A stretch of DNA of 64,000 nucleotides. Origin: Psilocybe cubensis. Its lineage: Eukaryota. Below the pieces are notes generated by a model. That model saw only the letters and a program-made list of their open reading frames with translations. It did not search any database and was not told where the DNA came from. Position 1 is the first letter of the stretch. Every line of letters begins with the position of its first letter. The stretch covers positions 1,054,001 through 1,118,000 of the forward strand of contig CM039003.1 of assembly GCA_017499595.2 (NCBI GenBank), given 5' to 3'. The position numbers and the translations under genes are program-made. Positions 36,783 through 50,733 of this stretch are shown here, piece by piece.

Positions 36783-37772
36783 ATGGCATCACTCGATATT
36801 CAGCCTCTGGTCACCCATATCTACACCGCCGATCCGTCAGCTCACGTTTTCAATGGTCGCATTTACGTCTACCCTTCCCACGATATCGCGACCGACATCG
36901 AGGACAACGACAATGGCGACCAATACGCCATGAACGACTACCACGTCCTCTCTCTCCCCAGCATCTCAGGGCCCGTCACCGACCACGGCGTCGTTCTCTC
37001 CATCAAGGATGTCCCATGGGCCGCGAAACAAATGTGGGCCCCTGACGCGGCAACCAAGAACGGCAAATATTATTTCTTCTTCCCCGCACGCAATCACGAG
37101 GGCTTCTTCCAGATCGGCGTCGCGGTTGCGGACGAGCCCCACGGCCCCTTCGTCCCGGAGCCGGAGCCTATCAAGGGCAGCTACAGCATTGACCCGGCGA
37201 GCTTTGTCGACGACGACGGCCAGGCGTATCTCTACTTTGGAGGTATCTGGGGCGGCCAGCTGCAGTGCTGGCAAAAGCGAACCTTCGATAAAGACGCGTA
37301 TTCGCAGATGGAGGCGACGGAGGGACCGGCGCTTTGCGCGCGCGTGGCGAAGCTGAGCGAAGATATGAAGAGCTTTGTTGGCGAAGATTTGCCAGTGGAG
37401 ATCTACGACCCTGAGACGAAGGAGTTGCTTCACTCATCGGACCATGACAGGAGGTTCTTTGAGGCTGCGTGGATGCACAAACACAACGGTGTTTATTACT
37501 TCAGCTACAGCACTGGCGATACGCATTACCTCTGCTACGCCACGGGCGACTCACCCCTTGGCCCTTTCACCTATCGCGGACGAATTCTGGAGCCTGTTAC
37601 CGGATGGACGACTCACCACAGTATCGTGGAATTCGAGGGGCGGACGTACTTGTTCCATCACGATGCGAGCTTGAGTGGAGGCAAAAATCATTTGAGGTGT
37701 GTCAAGGTTCGCGAATTGTGGTACACTGAGGATGGAAGCTTGACGGCGGAGGAGCCTAAAGCGAGTGCGTGA
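36783..37772 (+). CDS. GH43 beta-xylosidase/arabinofuranosidase, intronless, copy 2
   Basis: 329-aa ORF identical to copy 1 except two residues near the C-terminus (EELKANA vs EEPKASA). Confidence 0.95.
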   Translation: MASLDIQPLVTHIYTADPSAHVFNGRIYVYPSHDIATDIEDNDNGDQYAMNDYHVLSLPSISGPVTDHGVVLSIKDVPWAAKQMWAPDAATKNGKYYFFFPARNHEGFFQIGVAVADEPHGPFVPEPEPIKGSYSIDPASFVDDDGQAYLYFGGIWGGQLQCWQKRTFDKDAYSQMEATEGPALCARVAKLSEDMKSFVGEDLPVEIYDPETKELLHSSDHDRRFFEAAWMHKHNGVYYFSYSTGDTHYLCYATGDSPLGPFTYRGRILEPVTGWTTHHSIVEFEGRTYLFHHDASLSGGKNHLRCVKVRELWYTEDGSLTAEEPKASA

Positions 37773-38476
37773 AAATGGGTTGTAAGAGTATAATAGAAGA
37801 TTATCGGTGTATTTATATATCCACCAAAATTTGTACAATGTAACGCTACGTCCATCGAGCTTCTTTTCACTGCACTTTGGCAGCAATTGGACGTCTCGTA
37901 GCTGAGGCCCAGGGTTTGTAGTTGATCTTTAGAAGCTGGAGGACAAGGGGATCGCCAACATGAATGTTTATCCCCAAAGTAGTACTGTCACTGCTGTCAC
38001 ATAATTTATCCCAATCTCACCGTATTCAGTAATTTACTGCTTAATTTTGCCAGTCCGCTACTTTTTATGGTCTGTTTCCGATCAAATTCTAACCTAGCGT
38101 AAGGGTAAATTGTCAGGCATGAATTGACCCTTCTTGGTTTGTGACACAGTCTCTCAGACGCATTGCACTTTTGAGTTTTGCACACCAACATTAAAAACCC
38201 CTTGCCAGTCAATCATGACGGACTTGTACAAACTGATGGCTCCGAATGAGCGTCAAGTCGTCGGATTCATCGATGATGTGTTTCACCTGGTTCGAAGATC
38301 GACGACGAATTGTTTACCGCCCGAACGGTTTTGAAGCAGCTTCTCATGCATTAATAATTGTTGGTACCGAGTGAGTTTACACATATAAAGAGCAATAAAA
38401 ATGCCGTACCCATCGTTCACAAACTTCAGCATTCCCTCCCCTTCTCTTACGACCCCCAGTGAAAGTCTACTAGAAA

Positions 38477-39916
38477 ATGTCCAACCCACTGAAAATATTC
38501 ATCACAGGGGCGACAGGTATGTTGCGATAGTATGTACAATCTGTTAATCACCCTTTCAGCTTTGTGGTGATTAGGGCACATTGGAGGAACCTTTCTTATG
38601 ACATTGCTGAAGCATAAAGATGTCTCGAATTTCCAGATTACAGCCCTAGTACGGTCGGAAGAAAGGGGCGAGAAGTTGAAGAGCTTGGGCATCAATGTGG
38701 TCAAGGGCTCCTACACAGATGAAGATCTGAGCGTCCTTACAAATGAGGCAGCCAAATCAGATATTGTTTTTGCCATCGTGAGCAAAGATCACGATTATGA
38801 CGTTTTACTTGTAACCCACTCAATTTCCTTCACATAGTGCGATGCGGATACTTTGCCTCCTACGCAAGCGATCTTGAAGGGACTGAAGATCAATTTTGAG
38901 GCTTCAGGCAAAGCTCCAATCTTGATACATACCGTACGTTACAGTTTTCTTTCCCAAACGTCGTTTGTGACCAACATTTTGGGTCTAGTCCGGCACAGGT
39001 GGCCACATTTTATAAAATATTGTTGGCCTTTACTGAGGTAGAAACCAATCTAGGAATTATCACAGACAAATCTGGCGGGCTCGCTTCCGAGCACTACGTG
39101 TGGAGCGATTATGATACCGAAAAACTTAACGCCCTCCCTGAGTCTGTTATCCATCGTAATGTCGATAATGCTATTCTCGAGGCGGACAAGGCAGGTTATG
39201 TGAAGACATATTTCATTATTCCTTGTATGTTTTCCCCCGTCGCTGATATTTAAACACGCATTCACTAACATACCGGTAGCCACCGTGTTTGGAGAGCCAG
39301 CAGATAAAACTCTCGTAGACCTTGGAATTCAGAACACTACTTCTGGGGTGTTCAAGTACTTCATTACGCCTTATCTCGGGCGAAAGCAAGGCGGCTATTT
39401 TGGGAAAGGTCTCAACCAATGGAACCTGATCTCTGTGCAAGAAAGTAAGCCATCCGTGTTAAATAGATGCTGAATGGCGTCCTTATCTTGTTATCCCCAC
39501 ATAGCCGCCGATCTCTATATTGCACTTTTTGACGCTATTCGCGCTAATCCTGATGGTCCGGGGCACGGTACAGAAGGATACTATTTCGGCGAGAGCAATT
39601 TGTTCTTCTATAAAGACCTCGCGGCTGCCGTTTCGGAGGCTCTAGTTGAGGTTGGCGTGGGTATCAGCACGGAACCGAGTCCATTCACACCGGAGGAGGT
39701 AGAGACGCTGGTTCACGTAAGTGTATTATTCACCCCTCCGCGAATCTTGCAATGATTAACTGTTATTTTTACTAGCCCGTCATTGCGCAAATGGTGGGAT
39801 CAAACAGCCACGCGAAAGGTGACCGTTCTCGCGCCCTTGGGTGGAAACCTACAAGCACAAAGGAAGATCTTTTCGCCACCATCAAGAAAGAAGTCAAAGC
39901 ACTCTACGTCAAATAG
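38477..39916 (+). CDS. NAD(P)-binding Rossmann-fold protein (NmrA/NAD-dependent epimerase-like), paralogue 1
   Basis: KIFITGAT-GHIGG, ITALVRS, LIHTSG, HRNVD, GHGTEGYYF, RSRALGW. Confidence 0.85.
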
Positions 39917-40558
39917 TTTATGAAGCGAAGGGACTATATCTACGTAATTTTCTGACTTGGAATCTAATATACACTATCGAGTTACTTGAAATTTGCCAAT
40001 CCAGCCTAACAATTGGATTGTTACGAGGATCTCTCGACTGTGAGCCATATCGCACAACGCGGTGATATGAGCACGCGCTTAAATAGAAATACCGCAAACA
40101 TTGAGCAAAGTGAGTAAGCGTGATTTGTGTTTAGCCGCAATTCCAGACAGTTTATTGTAAGCCAAGTCAAAATAATGGTCCTAGACACTGGACACAAAAT
40201 CAATATACAACCTGGATGACATACGGCTGACATACAAGCAATATGGAGTGTGCACAGGAGAACCATTCTTCAGTTATCCCGACATTTTTCTGCTCTGGTC
40301 CACGTCGTTCAATGTAGGATTCTCTTTGTCATTCTAAGCGCTTTTTGGGTATGTCTGACTCAGAAATCTCAGATTGCTACTCCACCTGACCAATTGCAAG
40401 GATATTCTCTGATGTCCGACCTGTTCTGTGCTTCATTCAGGTGTTGATATCGAAAATGAGAGCGTACATCGTTGGAACATATAAAACGGCAAAGGATAAC
40501 GGCAGTGTGTCCATCAAATTGGTTCAATAGTTTACATTGTGACCTGCGATATTCCATT

Positions 40559-42024
40559 ATGACATCTCAGCTCAAAATCTTCATTACTGGGGCGACTGGT
40601 ATGCGCTGCTAAGTTCACTAGTTTATACTCTTTTGACACGATACTTACTTCCATGCATAGGCTACGTCGGGGGTGGTGTCCTGGCTCGCCTCCTAAAGCA
40701 CAAGGATAGTGAAACATTCTCGATAACTGCTCTCGCAAGATCTCCCGAGAAAGCGGAAAAGTTGAAGACCCTCGGAGTCAATGTCATCCTTGGCTCGTAC
40801 TCTGACGCGGACTTGAGCTTCCTCACAAACGAGGCAGCTCGTTCTGACGTCGTATTTGCAATTGTAAGTAAACCTATCCTTGTGTGATGTATACCTTTTT
40901 CCAGTGACTCCAATTGCCCCGTTAGGCCGACTCCGACCAGCTTCCAGCCACTCAAGCAATTTTGAAAGGACTAAAAATCAAGTTCGAGAACTCCGGAAAA
41001 GCTCCTATTTTGATACATACGGTACAGATTCTTTGGACATGTTCATACAAGTTAAAACTTATTCATTGCTCCTTGATTGTTTTCAGTCCGGCGCAGGTCA
41101 GATTTTCTGACAGACGTCTTTTAATGCATTTCTAATGATATTGATGGATCACAACAGCTCTGCTTTCTGATGACGCTCGAGGAATGACCTCAGATCGTAC
41201 AATCTACAATGATCTGGACGCTGAAAAAATAAACGCCTTCCCAGAAACTGTTTTCCATAGGAACGTTGACATTCCTATTGTCGAAGCAGACAAAGAGGGT
41301 TATATCAAGTCTTATATTATTATCCCAGGTATTGCTCTGTTTCCCTTGTTTCTTAGAGATAGATCGCCAACATTTGTTTTTACAAAGGTGCAATCTACGG
41401 TCGGCCATCTCCAAATCCAGTCGTGGACCTTGGAATCCAGAATACTGTATCCCTTGTACAGAACTTTATGATCAAGCCCGCCATTGCACGCAAACAAGGC
41501 GGGTATTTCGGAAAGGGTCTCAACTACTGGTCCTATGTATCTGTTGACGATAGTACGTCGCATTTTAACGAACTCGGATATGTCTTTTAACCAGCTCCAT
41601 CATAGCCGCCGATTTATTTCTAGTTCTGTTTGATTCTATTCGCCGTTCACCTGAAAATCCCGGCCATGGAACTGAGGGTTACTATTTTGCAACCTGCTTC
41701 AGTTTGTCGGGGATAGAATTGGCGGGAATTATATCAGAAGTTTTATTTGAAAGTGGTTATGGCATAAGTAAAGAGCCATCCCCCTTTACACAAGAGGAAA
41801 TTCTACAGATTTATGGAGTGCGTCTGTTCATTGCATAAATCACGGACTGACATTTATAATTTTATGTTTAGTCAGGGCCACTTTGGACATTCCTTGCTGC
41901 AAATCTCGATGCCGAATCTAATCGCTCTCGTGCACTTGGATGGAATCCGAAAGGCACGAAAGCTCACTTTTTCGCTGATATTAGAGAGCAGATCAAGGCT
42001 CTTCAAGCAGACTTAGTGCAGTAA
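40559..42024 (+). CDS. NAD(P)-binding Rossmann-fold protein (NmrA/epimerase-like), paralogue 2
   Basis: KIFITGAT-GYVGG, LIHTSG, HRNVD, GHGTEGYYF, RSRALGW; intron layout like paralogue 1. Confidence 0.85.
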
Positions 42025-44227
42025 ATAGAGTGCATGTTGTTGAAAATAAGTTTATTTCGACTTTTAGAGGGTATTTAGTGCAATTTTTGGATTAAAAATG
42101 TGATTGAAAAATTCTCACTTGAAAAGTCGAAGACATTTGCCTGGATGATTATCGCAAGTTCAACAAATGGCACAAATCAACTTGTTACTGTGTCGGAGTT
42201 TAAATATTTGTACTGTGGGAATGCCGATATGATCCGCAGAAAGCTCAACTTCATTGCTGGGGTTCTGATCAATTCTAGAGACCTCATTCTTCAAAATGAG
42301 CTCATCCCACGTATAGCCTACAAGGACATTTCATGAATTCCAATAAACTTATGAATATTCTCTCTAAAGGCATTGCAATAAAGATAGTATTCATCAGAGA
42401 AAGTGATTAGCATACCTTCTGATGTATTTCTCTACATAGGCTATCATCAATATCTGCTTCTCGAATACCACTATCAACGCTCATTTGTACCAGGGAAAAG
42501 AGTTTTGGGCTCTGGTCCTCTGGACAACGCTCCTGAAGCAAAACAGGGGCAGATGTTAATAGGTGCACGCGTATAAATTATTTCAAGATGCGCGGCCAAC
42601 TGTGAGTCTACTAAAATTAATTGAAGTGAACTTTCTTTCGTTGTTAATCACACTAGGTGTTAATATAATTGCGCTCACGAAGGGGAATCATCAAAGTCTA
42701 TCTTATACCAACAGGATATATGGCAAAGTTGGTTAGATTATTAGATATCCTGTAAACATTGCCACTCACAAGGTGTGAATGGTATCGGCCTCCTCAAGCT
42801 CCGGAATCGGTCGCAGCGGCGACGAGTATATGGCACAGCATATAATGGATGGTCCATTCTGATCAAAATAATATGCGAAATGGTCGCCCGACTACGACGC
42901 CGCTGTTACCAATGGACCATGTTGCCGCTTACATATGCGACACTCGGGCGGCGATGAAGGTCAACAAAGGTCCGTCCCGTTCGTGGTTGAAAGATGGTGA
43001 TCACGCCGACCGTCCACAATAATAGACGAGACATTGTGTCAAACAATGTTTGTAGAGATAATTATTCTGGCATAGATGAAACCAAAAAATCTGGAATCTG
43101 CCGCGTTTCTGTATACGTGGAGGTACAAAACACGGCCAAATGAGAAGTCATGGGGGCTACCTCTGCAGTTTAAACTGGTAGAACGGGAGGCCGCCTCGAG
43201 CATCACATGAAATGCTATGAGAAGTTAGATATTCAATCGACCAGGGTAAGGCTGGTACAAGTGTTGCTACAATAGAAAGAATTTCCGAATCTAAAGTAGT
43301 ACGCTCACATTGAATTATATAGTCACTTAATAAATCCTTTGAGGTATATTATTAGAGGGTGTCATATTTTGTGCAGGCTCTAAAAATGGTGCCCAGCATT
43401 TGCCTAGATTTAAATGTATTCCAGTTTTTGGGGATTTACGCGTGGTTTCGTTGTTACTATTAACTCCAGGGCCCTGGACTTTGCCGCTGGAGCTAACGTC
43501 ACGCGCAGGCACAAACGTACAAGCAGAGGCGCGTGCTGCCGAATATGGAACTGGATTGAGCCATTCTCCTGTAAAGTTGCGTAAACGACGCAGAAGTCAT
43601 GATTTCCATGGAAAGTTTGAGAAGGACCCTAGCAGTACGAAAAGTGGTACCCTGAGTGGGCGAGTGCACATGAGAAAGGGCTAGGTGAGATGCGCTACAC
43701 TGAATATATGCTACTCAAGTGCAGGAACATGCTAAAAATGGATTGAAGTGGCATCATCATGACGGTGGTAAACAACGCCGCCGATGTGTACTTGATTGAA
43801 GACTGACGCGGACGGCGCACTGGTGTCGGGCAGTGAGTAAAAGGCCTTGACAATGGGGCAAGATCACAAGACGTATGAAGGGTGAGTAAACTAACCGAGG
43901 CCGTCGTGCAGTTCAAGGTCCTTCCGTGTTTCTTTAGTTCGTATTTCCGATTTGTTGGGGTTGGTCTACTCCGGTAACGGGTCTGAAATGAGACGACCAA
44001 TTGTCCGATGTATGGAAAATGGCTGTGGCATGGGGTTCGAGTTCCGGTTCCTGTTATTAAATTTGTGTTGGTCGTTCAAATGACGGATCCAAGGCGTCTA
44101 ACAAGCTGATATAAACAACTAATAAAGCACATATATAAGAGGCAAACCAAAACATTCATCCTTCCTTCTATCTTCCATAATCGCTTTGCACCACCCAAAC
44201 ACATTCACCCCCACACCACCGAGAACG

Positions 44228-47200
44228 ATGTCAACATCGAACGCGGGGCACGAGAAATTATTGTCAGTGCCTGAACATCAGCTCTATGCGATGAACTCTG
44301 CACATAGCAGCGACTCTTCGTTGCATCGCGTAAAGAACATGCCAGGGTACACCACGCCCGTATTCAAGGGCAAAGAAGAACAACGCGCTCTTGTCGAGGA
44401 TGACGTCGCCGCAAAGGTGAGCCGGTGGCTGTTGGCTTCAACGCGTAAAACTCCGAACAGCCCCTGACATGGTCACTTTTCATCAAATTCACAGGGCTTC
44501 ATCCCTCGCGAACTCGTCAGCAACGAAGTCAACTGGTTCTACACTAACCTCGGCATCGACGACACATACTTCCAGAATGAATCCCGTGAAGTCATTTCTG
44601 ACCATATCATTGCGTTGTTTGGAGCGAAAATCATGGCATTCACCAAGCATGATCCGAGCAAGCTCGTAATTGACCTCGAGAGGATTGATGAACAGGGAAA
44701 CGGGGCGACTTTCATCCATACCAGTCCCCCTGGACTGACCACCACCGAGGGTCCAGGCGCGACTTGCGAAACAAGGTGAGCCAGATGTTTGCATTCGAAA
44801 CCCTATCCGCAAGAGTGATTCATCGCTTCAACCATTTACCTCTTTTCTCATTCTATTCTTGCGAAATTAACAAATTTGAATATAGAATCGATGATCTATT
44901 CTTGAATAACTCCACACCTCAGAATGCCTACAGGTTGGAAACCTTTCGCTCGACAGGTTCAATCTCGGCCACTGCTTCCCAACAGCTTCGATGCTATTTC
45001 GTAACCAAATGCCACTTCCCAAACAAACCTCAAGCATCCTCAAATGGGAAGACAGATATCCGTGCTGTATCTGATTCGGCGTTCCTTGACAGAGCAACGA
45101 AGAACACTTTGGATATATACCAACAGGTATGGTCTATTTGTGTCTCAACATTTGATTCTAGTTAACGCGTTTTTTGCCACTCTAGGTGATGTGGAATGTA
45201 GAGAAACGACATGGCCCAGTTCTAGAAGTATTTGAGGTTGAAGGCACGCGCGAAAGAAGATTGGTAATTGGCTATAAGATGGGAGGAACATCGGGTTTTT
45301 TCAGGTAGGTATTCCCTCAGCTATGCAGCAAAGCGGAGTCGACGATTCTAAACACATTCATTGTTAGTGCCCTATCCAATCTTTATCACTTTTACTCCCT
45401 GTACTCGTCCCGAAAATACGTCGGTAAGGTATCTGTTTGTTGCTCAAGAATCCGGCAACTCAATGCCTTTCAGAGCAATTCGCAAACGGAATCACGATCA
45501 TTTCGCTGTATCTCAACCCACTTCCGGATTCAAACGCTCCCCCAATCGAGCATTCCATCTTTCAAGTTCTGAAAGAAGCTTCTCTACTTTTCTGCCTTCC
45601 GGATAACCCCTTCTTTTTACCAAAGTCTCTGGGAAGCAATGCCGTCCAAGAAGCAACATACGCTTGTATGCATATTTTTTCAAGATTATCACCGTACGCT
45701 CATTATACAACTCATAGATTGTGGCTGGATTTTTGCGCAACATTTCTGCAACCGCCTTGGGCCAGCCTATCTTCAGCTCAAAAACGTATTGAACGAAAAT
45801 GATCCCGCCCATGCCGAGGTTTTGAACGATATCAAGAGGAGATTTAGGGAAGAGACCTTCACTCGAGAGAGCATTGCCCAGGTTATCCATGCTCACCCTG
45901 ACCTGGTATGCATTTTATTGCGTTCCTTCTCAACATCCGATGCTCAGTTTTGGTATTCAGATCCGCTTACTCTATGTGAACTTTGCGATGACACATTATC
46001 CTCCCTCCGATGACGCCTCGAAATTGATGTAAGAGATTCAGTCCCCTTTGCATGCTAGTATACTCAGCTTGACTTCTAGGCCAACTCTTTCTTACCAACG
46101 CCTCCAAAATGTACAACCACTCACCGATGCGGAGTTGTACGACAAGATCCGGCGAACTGTGCCCAACAAGCATGAATTGCAAGTCCTGGAGAGCTTTTTG
46201 ATATTCAACAAGTCAGTGTCTCGTCTGATTATCAACTATTGTTTACTCACTTTTCTCCTGGGCAGACATGTGTTAAAAACCAACTTTTACCAACCGACGA
46301 AGGTCGCTCTATCTTTCCGCCTCCAACCAGACTTTTTGCCTGAGGTCGAATACCCGAGGAAGCCATACGGCATGTTCATCGTTATCGGTAATTCGTTGAG
46401 CTTTCTCTATGGTATTGTTTCCATAACAGTTGGCATTCATAGGTAATGATTTCAGAGGCTTCCACATCCGCTTCCGCGATGTTGCCCGTGGCGGTATCCG
46501 CATTGTGATGTCAAGAAATAAAGAGTACGTTCTTCCAGTACAGTATGCATTCTTACTTTCTGATCCATTCATTGTACAGGAACTATTCGATTAATCAGAG
46601 GATGCTGTTAGTTCCATCAAGACCTGTCTTAATTTGACGTACTAAATTGTGATACTATAGATTCGATGAGAACTACAACTTGGCGTCTACACAATCCTTG
46701 AAAAATAAGGACATTCCTGAAGGTGGCGCCAAGGGCACTATATTGCCTTCGTGTGTTGCCTTTCGCTATATTTGCTTTTGATTGATCTTGACCTTTACTT
46801 AGACTGGGTGCTAAACCCCGCCGGTGCTTCGAGAAATATGTCGATGTTCGTGCTGCCATTCTATTTCTACTGTGCATATTTTCACACCATAGTTCCGATC
46901 TTGTAGGCCATCATTGACCTCCTTATTCCTGGACAAACACCTGGCATCAAGGAGCCCTTGGTGGATCTATATGGAAAGCCAGAGCTGCTGTTCTTTGGCC
47001 CTGATGAGGGAACAGCTGATATGATGGACTGGGCGGCTTGTACGCAACTATTCTTGGACTCTTTATGCGTTCTAATCATTATGTTTACTCTATCTAGTAC
47101 ACGCCCGCCAGCGCGGCGCAGAGACATGGTGGAAATCGTTCACTACTGGCAAAAGTGCAGAGACACTGGGAGGTGTTCCTCATGACACTTATGGAATGAC

Positions 47201-48593
47201 CTCTCTGTCAATTAGGCAGTATGTTTTGGGATTGTACAAGCAACTTGGTCTCAGGGAGAAAGATATCACTAAGGTGCAAACCGGTGGGCCAGGTGCGTTT
47301 ATTGGTGTTTCGTTTGCTGTATTTAGATTGATTTTCTACGCCTCCCAGATGGTGATCTTGGTTCAAGTAAGTTGGCGTCACAATTACAATACTGATATGG
47401 TTTCTCATTAGTTTTACTTTCTAGATGAGATTCTTCTCTCTTCCGACAAGACTGTGGCTGTCATTGACGGCAGTGGTGTTCTTGCTGACCCTGCTGGCAT
47501 TGACCGCGCTGAACTCGTTCGTCTTGCTAAGCTTCGTGTGCCCGTCTCGAATTTCGATACTTCCAAATTAAGCAAGGATGGCTATCTTGTCAAAGTCGAA
47601 GACCAAGATATAAAGTTACCTTGTAAGTGGTATGCTCTTGGGTTTTGTAATATAACTCATTTTTTTTTCTCAGCTGGAGAGGTCGTACTTGATGGCACTG
47701 ATTTTAGAAATGGTGCGCATCTGAGATTCAAGGCTGATTTGTTCGTGCCTTGTGGTGGACGGTAAGCCATTGCCTTCAAATCTAGTATGAAATCACGTTT
47801 CATTGTTAATTTTATCATAGGCCGGAAGCTGTCAACATCTCGAATATGGCTGCTCTCATCGATGCCGACGGAAAACCCCATTTCAAGTATATTGTTGAAG
47901 GAGCCAACCTGTTTTTGACTCAACAAGCACGTTTGCATCTCGAGAAGAGAAAGGTCATTCTTTTCAAAGATTCGAGTACGAATAAAGGTATATGCGCGCC
48001 ACTTCTTCCTCGATGCGCCGCTAACATACAATACAGGCGGTGTAACAAGTTCTTCCCTCGAAGTTCTGGCGGGCCTTGCACTCTCAACGCAAGAATACAC
48101 AGACCTGATGATCTTCAAGGATGGCAAACCCAGTTCATTCTACCAGAGCTACGTCAAAGATATCCAGACGAAGATCTCGGAGAATGCTGCAGCAGAATTC
48201 CATTGCATTTGGAAAGAGCATTCGCGTCTTCAAGGAACCAAAACACGAACAGCGATCTCGGACGAACTCTCACAGACACTCAACAATCTGCAGGCTGAAC
48301 TCGAAAGCTCGGACTTGTATGACGACATTCCAAGTCGCCTTGGAGTCATGAGGAGGGCAATTCCGAAGACGCTGGTGGAACAGGTTGGACTGGAGACATT
48401 GTTGAAGAGATTGCCTGAAGCCTACCAGCGCGCCCTGTTTTCAAGCTGGGTAGCTTCTCACTTCGTAAGTTTTTGTCTTGTCTACGACCTCTTCGTATTG
48501 CTGATAATACTTCAACAGATCTATAAATACGGCGTCAACGGGTCGAGCGTCGACTTCTTCCATTTCGCAAGAGACCTCGCCCACACGCAGTAG
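44228..48593 (+). CDS. GDH2: NAD-specific glutamate dehydrogenase (large fungal type)
   Basis: FRGFHIRFRDVARGGIR, KNKDIPEGGAKG, FFGPDEGTA, QTGGPDGDLG, FVPCGGRP, IVEGANLF, KDSSTNKGGVTSSSLEVL. Confidence 0.95.
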
Positions 48594-48999
48594 ATCTCTT
48601 AACCAGTGTAGGGAAAGTAAACTATACTGTCGTCTTCCTCCACTTTACCCCTCCCTAATACCAACCTCGGCCTCTAAAAGTTTTCAATTTCTTTTGATTG
48701 GTATATAATAATCAGGCAACAATGGACAGTGTTTTGTGAAGTCAAACAATAATATGTATTATATGTAACACTTTTTTAGACAATTATTTGAGGATCATTT
48801 GACCCGAGTGATAAGTACGGTTGTTCAGGTCGTCCTGATGTTGAAGATTAGAGCTTTGAAGGTTCATAACCCAAGTGCCCTAGTTATAGTAATGTAGCCA
48901 AGTTGTGGATTGTTTACCAAATCATGTTATTCTTGGTAACCGGTTGGTTGCCATGTTTTATTCTCTTGAACCGCGATCTTGTCAACGCACAACTGATAC

Positions 49000-50733
49000 A
49001 TGTCTGAACATCTTGCAACTTCTGAGCTCTTTTTATCGCTTAAACGTACCGAGAGTACCTTCGAGGAGATTCCTGTCATGTCAGCTAAATACTATCCGTC
49101 ACTGTGTATCTATCTGAAATCACCATTGTTGACGTCCGGTATCGTCATTTTCAACAGTGACATCCAGGACGCACATAGCAAAGACCCAGTAGCTCGAAGG
49201 AAGATAGCAGAGTTAATTCGCGATGCCTGCATAAATGTACATGCTTCAAGTTGAAGGCCCACGAAAACTCGTGCTATGTTTGATCTAATTTCTCGACTAG
49301 GTTGGATTCTTTTACAGTGAGTGCGTTGAAAGAAACGCGCGGGTAAGACAAATGCGTAAATTTCTCTCTGCTTATCTCTCATAGTCAAATCGCATGGTAT
49401 TCCCGAGGATGTTATCGATAACACGGTCCAAGCAGCAAAGAGTTTCTTTGCTCTCCCAGAGTCATCGAAAATGGAGGTGCGAACTTCATTTATCAGAATT
49501 CGGTCTTGTTATGGTGTGAATTATCGCCTTTTCTTTGACAGCTAGATATACACAAAACTCCTAACTTCAAAGGATATACTGCTTTATTGGGAGAGAATAC
49601 CGATTCAAATGGTCTGGGTGACCTGCATGAAGGCTTCGATATAGGATGGGAGCCTCAAGCTACCGACCAATCTAGCTCTTCTTTGGGACCAGCAAAGGTT
49701 TCTGCGATGGAAGGAGCAAATGTATGGCCATCAGACTTAACGGGTTTCAAGGAAACCACATTGGAATACTAGTTAGTCTCGGATCTTACGTCGTCTTCAC
49801 TAGGGATCCTCTGATCAACTGCTGTTTGAAATAGTCACAGAGTACTAGATGTTGGAAAACTACTGTTTCCATTGTTCGCATTGGCACTTGATCTACCAGA
49901 GAACTTTTTCGATGATAAGGTGATAATTTCGTCCGTATCTCCGGTCCCAATATTTTGACAGCGATGATAACTCATAGACGACAAAGCCAGCTGCTATTAT
50001 GCGGCTTCTCCACTATCCCCCACAGAGCCCAACGAGCTTCGAGACCGATCCAGATGGAAGGCAAATAGGCATTGGTGCACATACTGAGTATGATCCTCGT
50101 CTCATTAATTTACACGTAGGCACTGATTTCTCTTGTCAGCTATGAAGTAAGAGCCTACCTTACTGAATGACTCATTGTACCATGCTGATAGGTCTTCTAT
50201 CTCCCAGTGCTTTACGATTCTTTGGCAAGATCGCGCTGGCGGATTACAGGTCCAAAATACAGCTGGCAAATGGGTCGATGCAGTGCCTATCCCTGGTACA
50301 TTAGTCGTGAAGTACGTATTAGAACGTGTTTGTGTATCTGAATTTAAATTTTGTTTCTCATCATTTTTTTGCGTGAACTAGTTTAGGAGACCAATTTGCC
50401 CGTTGGACAAGTCAATAGATTTACTTTTGGACCTATATTTACTGCTAATAACGTTGCCTTTTCAGATGATGTCTTCAAATCCACTTTACACCGTGTGATC
50501 AATAGGTCAGGCGTCGAACGCTACTCAATACCTTTATTTTTCGGGACAAATTACGATGTCCTTTTGGAGGTGGGTACGTCGACAAGTCTTTTATTACCTC
50601 ACTTATATGCTTTTAGCCTATACACACTTGTGTTTCTCCTGGATCTCCCAGCAAGTACGAGATCGTGACGGCTGGAGAATACGTCAAATCCCGGCTCGAA
50701 GCTACATACGCTCATTCGCAGTCGGCTACTTGA
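49000..50733 (+). CDS. 2-oxoglutarate/Fe(II)-dependent dioxygenase (IPNS/DIOX family)
   Basis: [50 protein letters not shown]. Confidence 0.9.

Noticed and set aside
44020-44055. GGTTCGAGTTCC resembling a tRNA T-loop/B-box
   Set aside because: No acceptor, D or anticodon stems could be built around it
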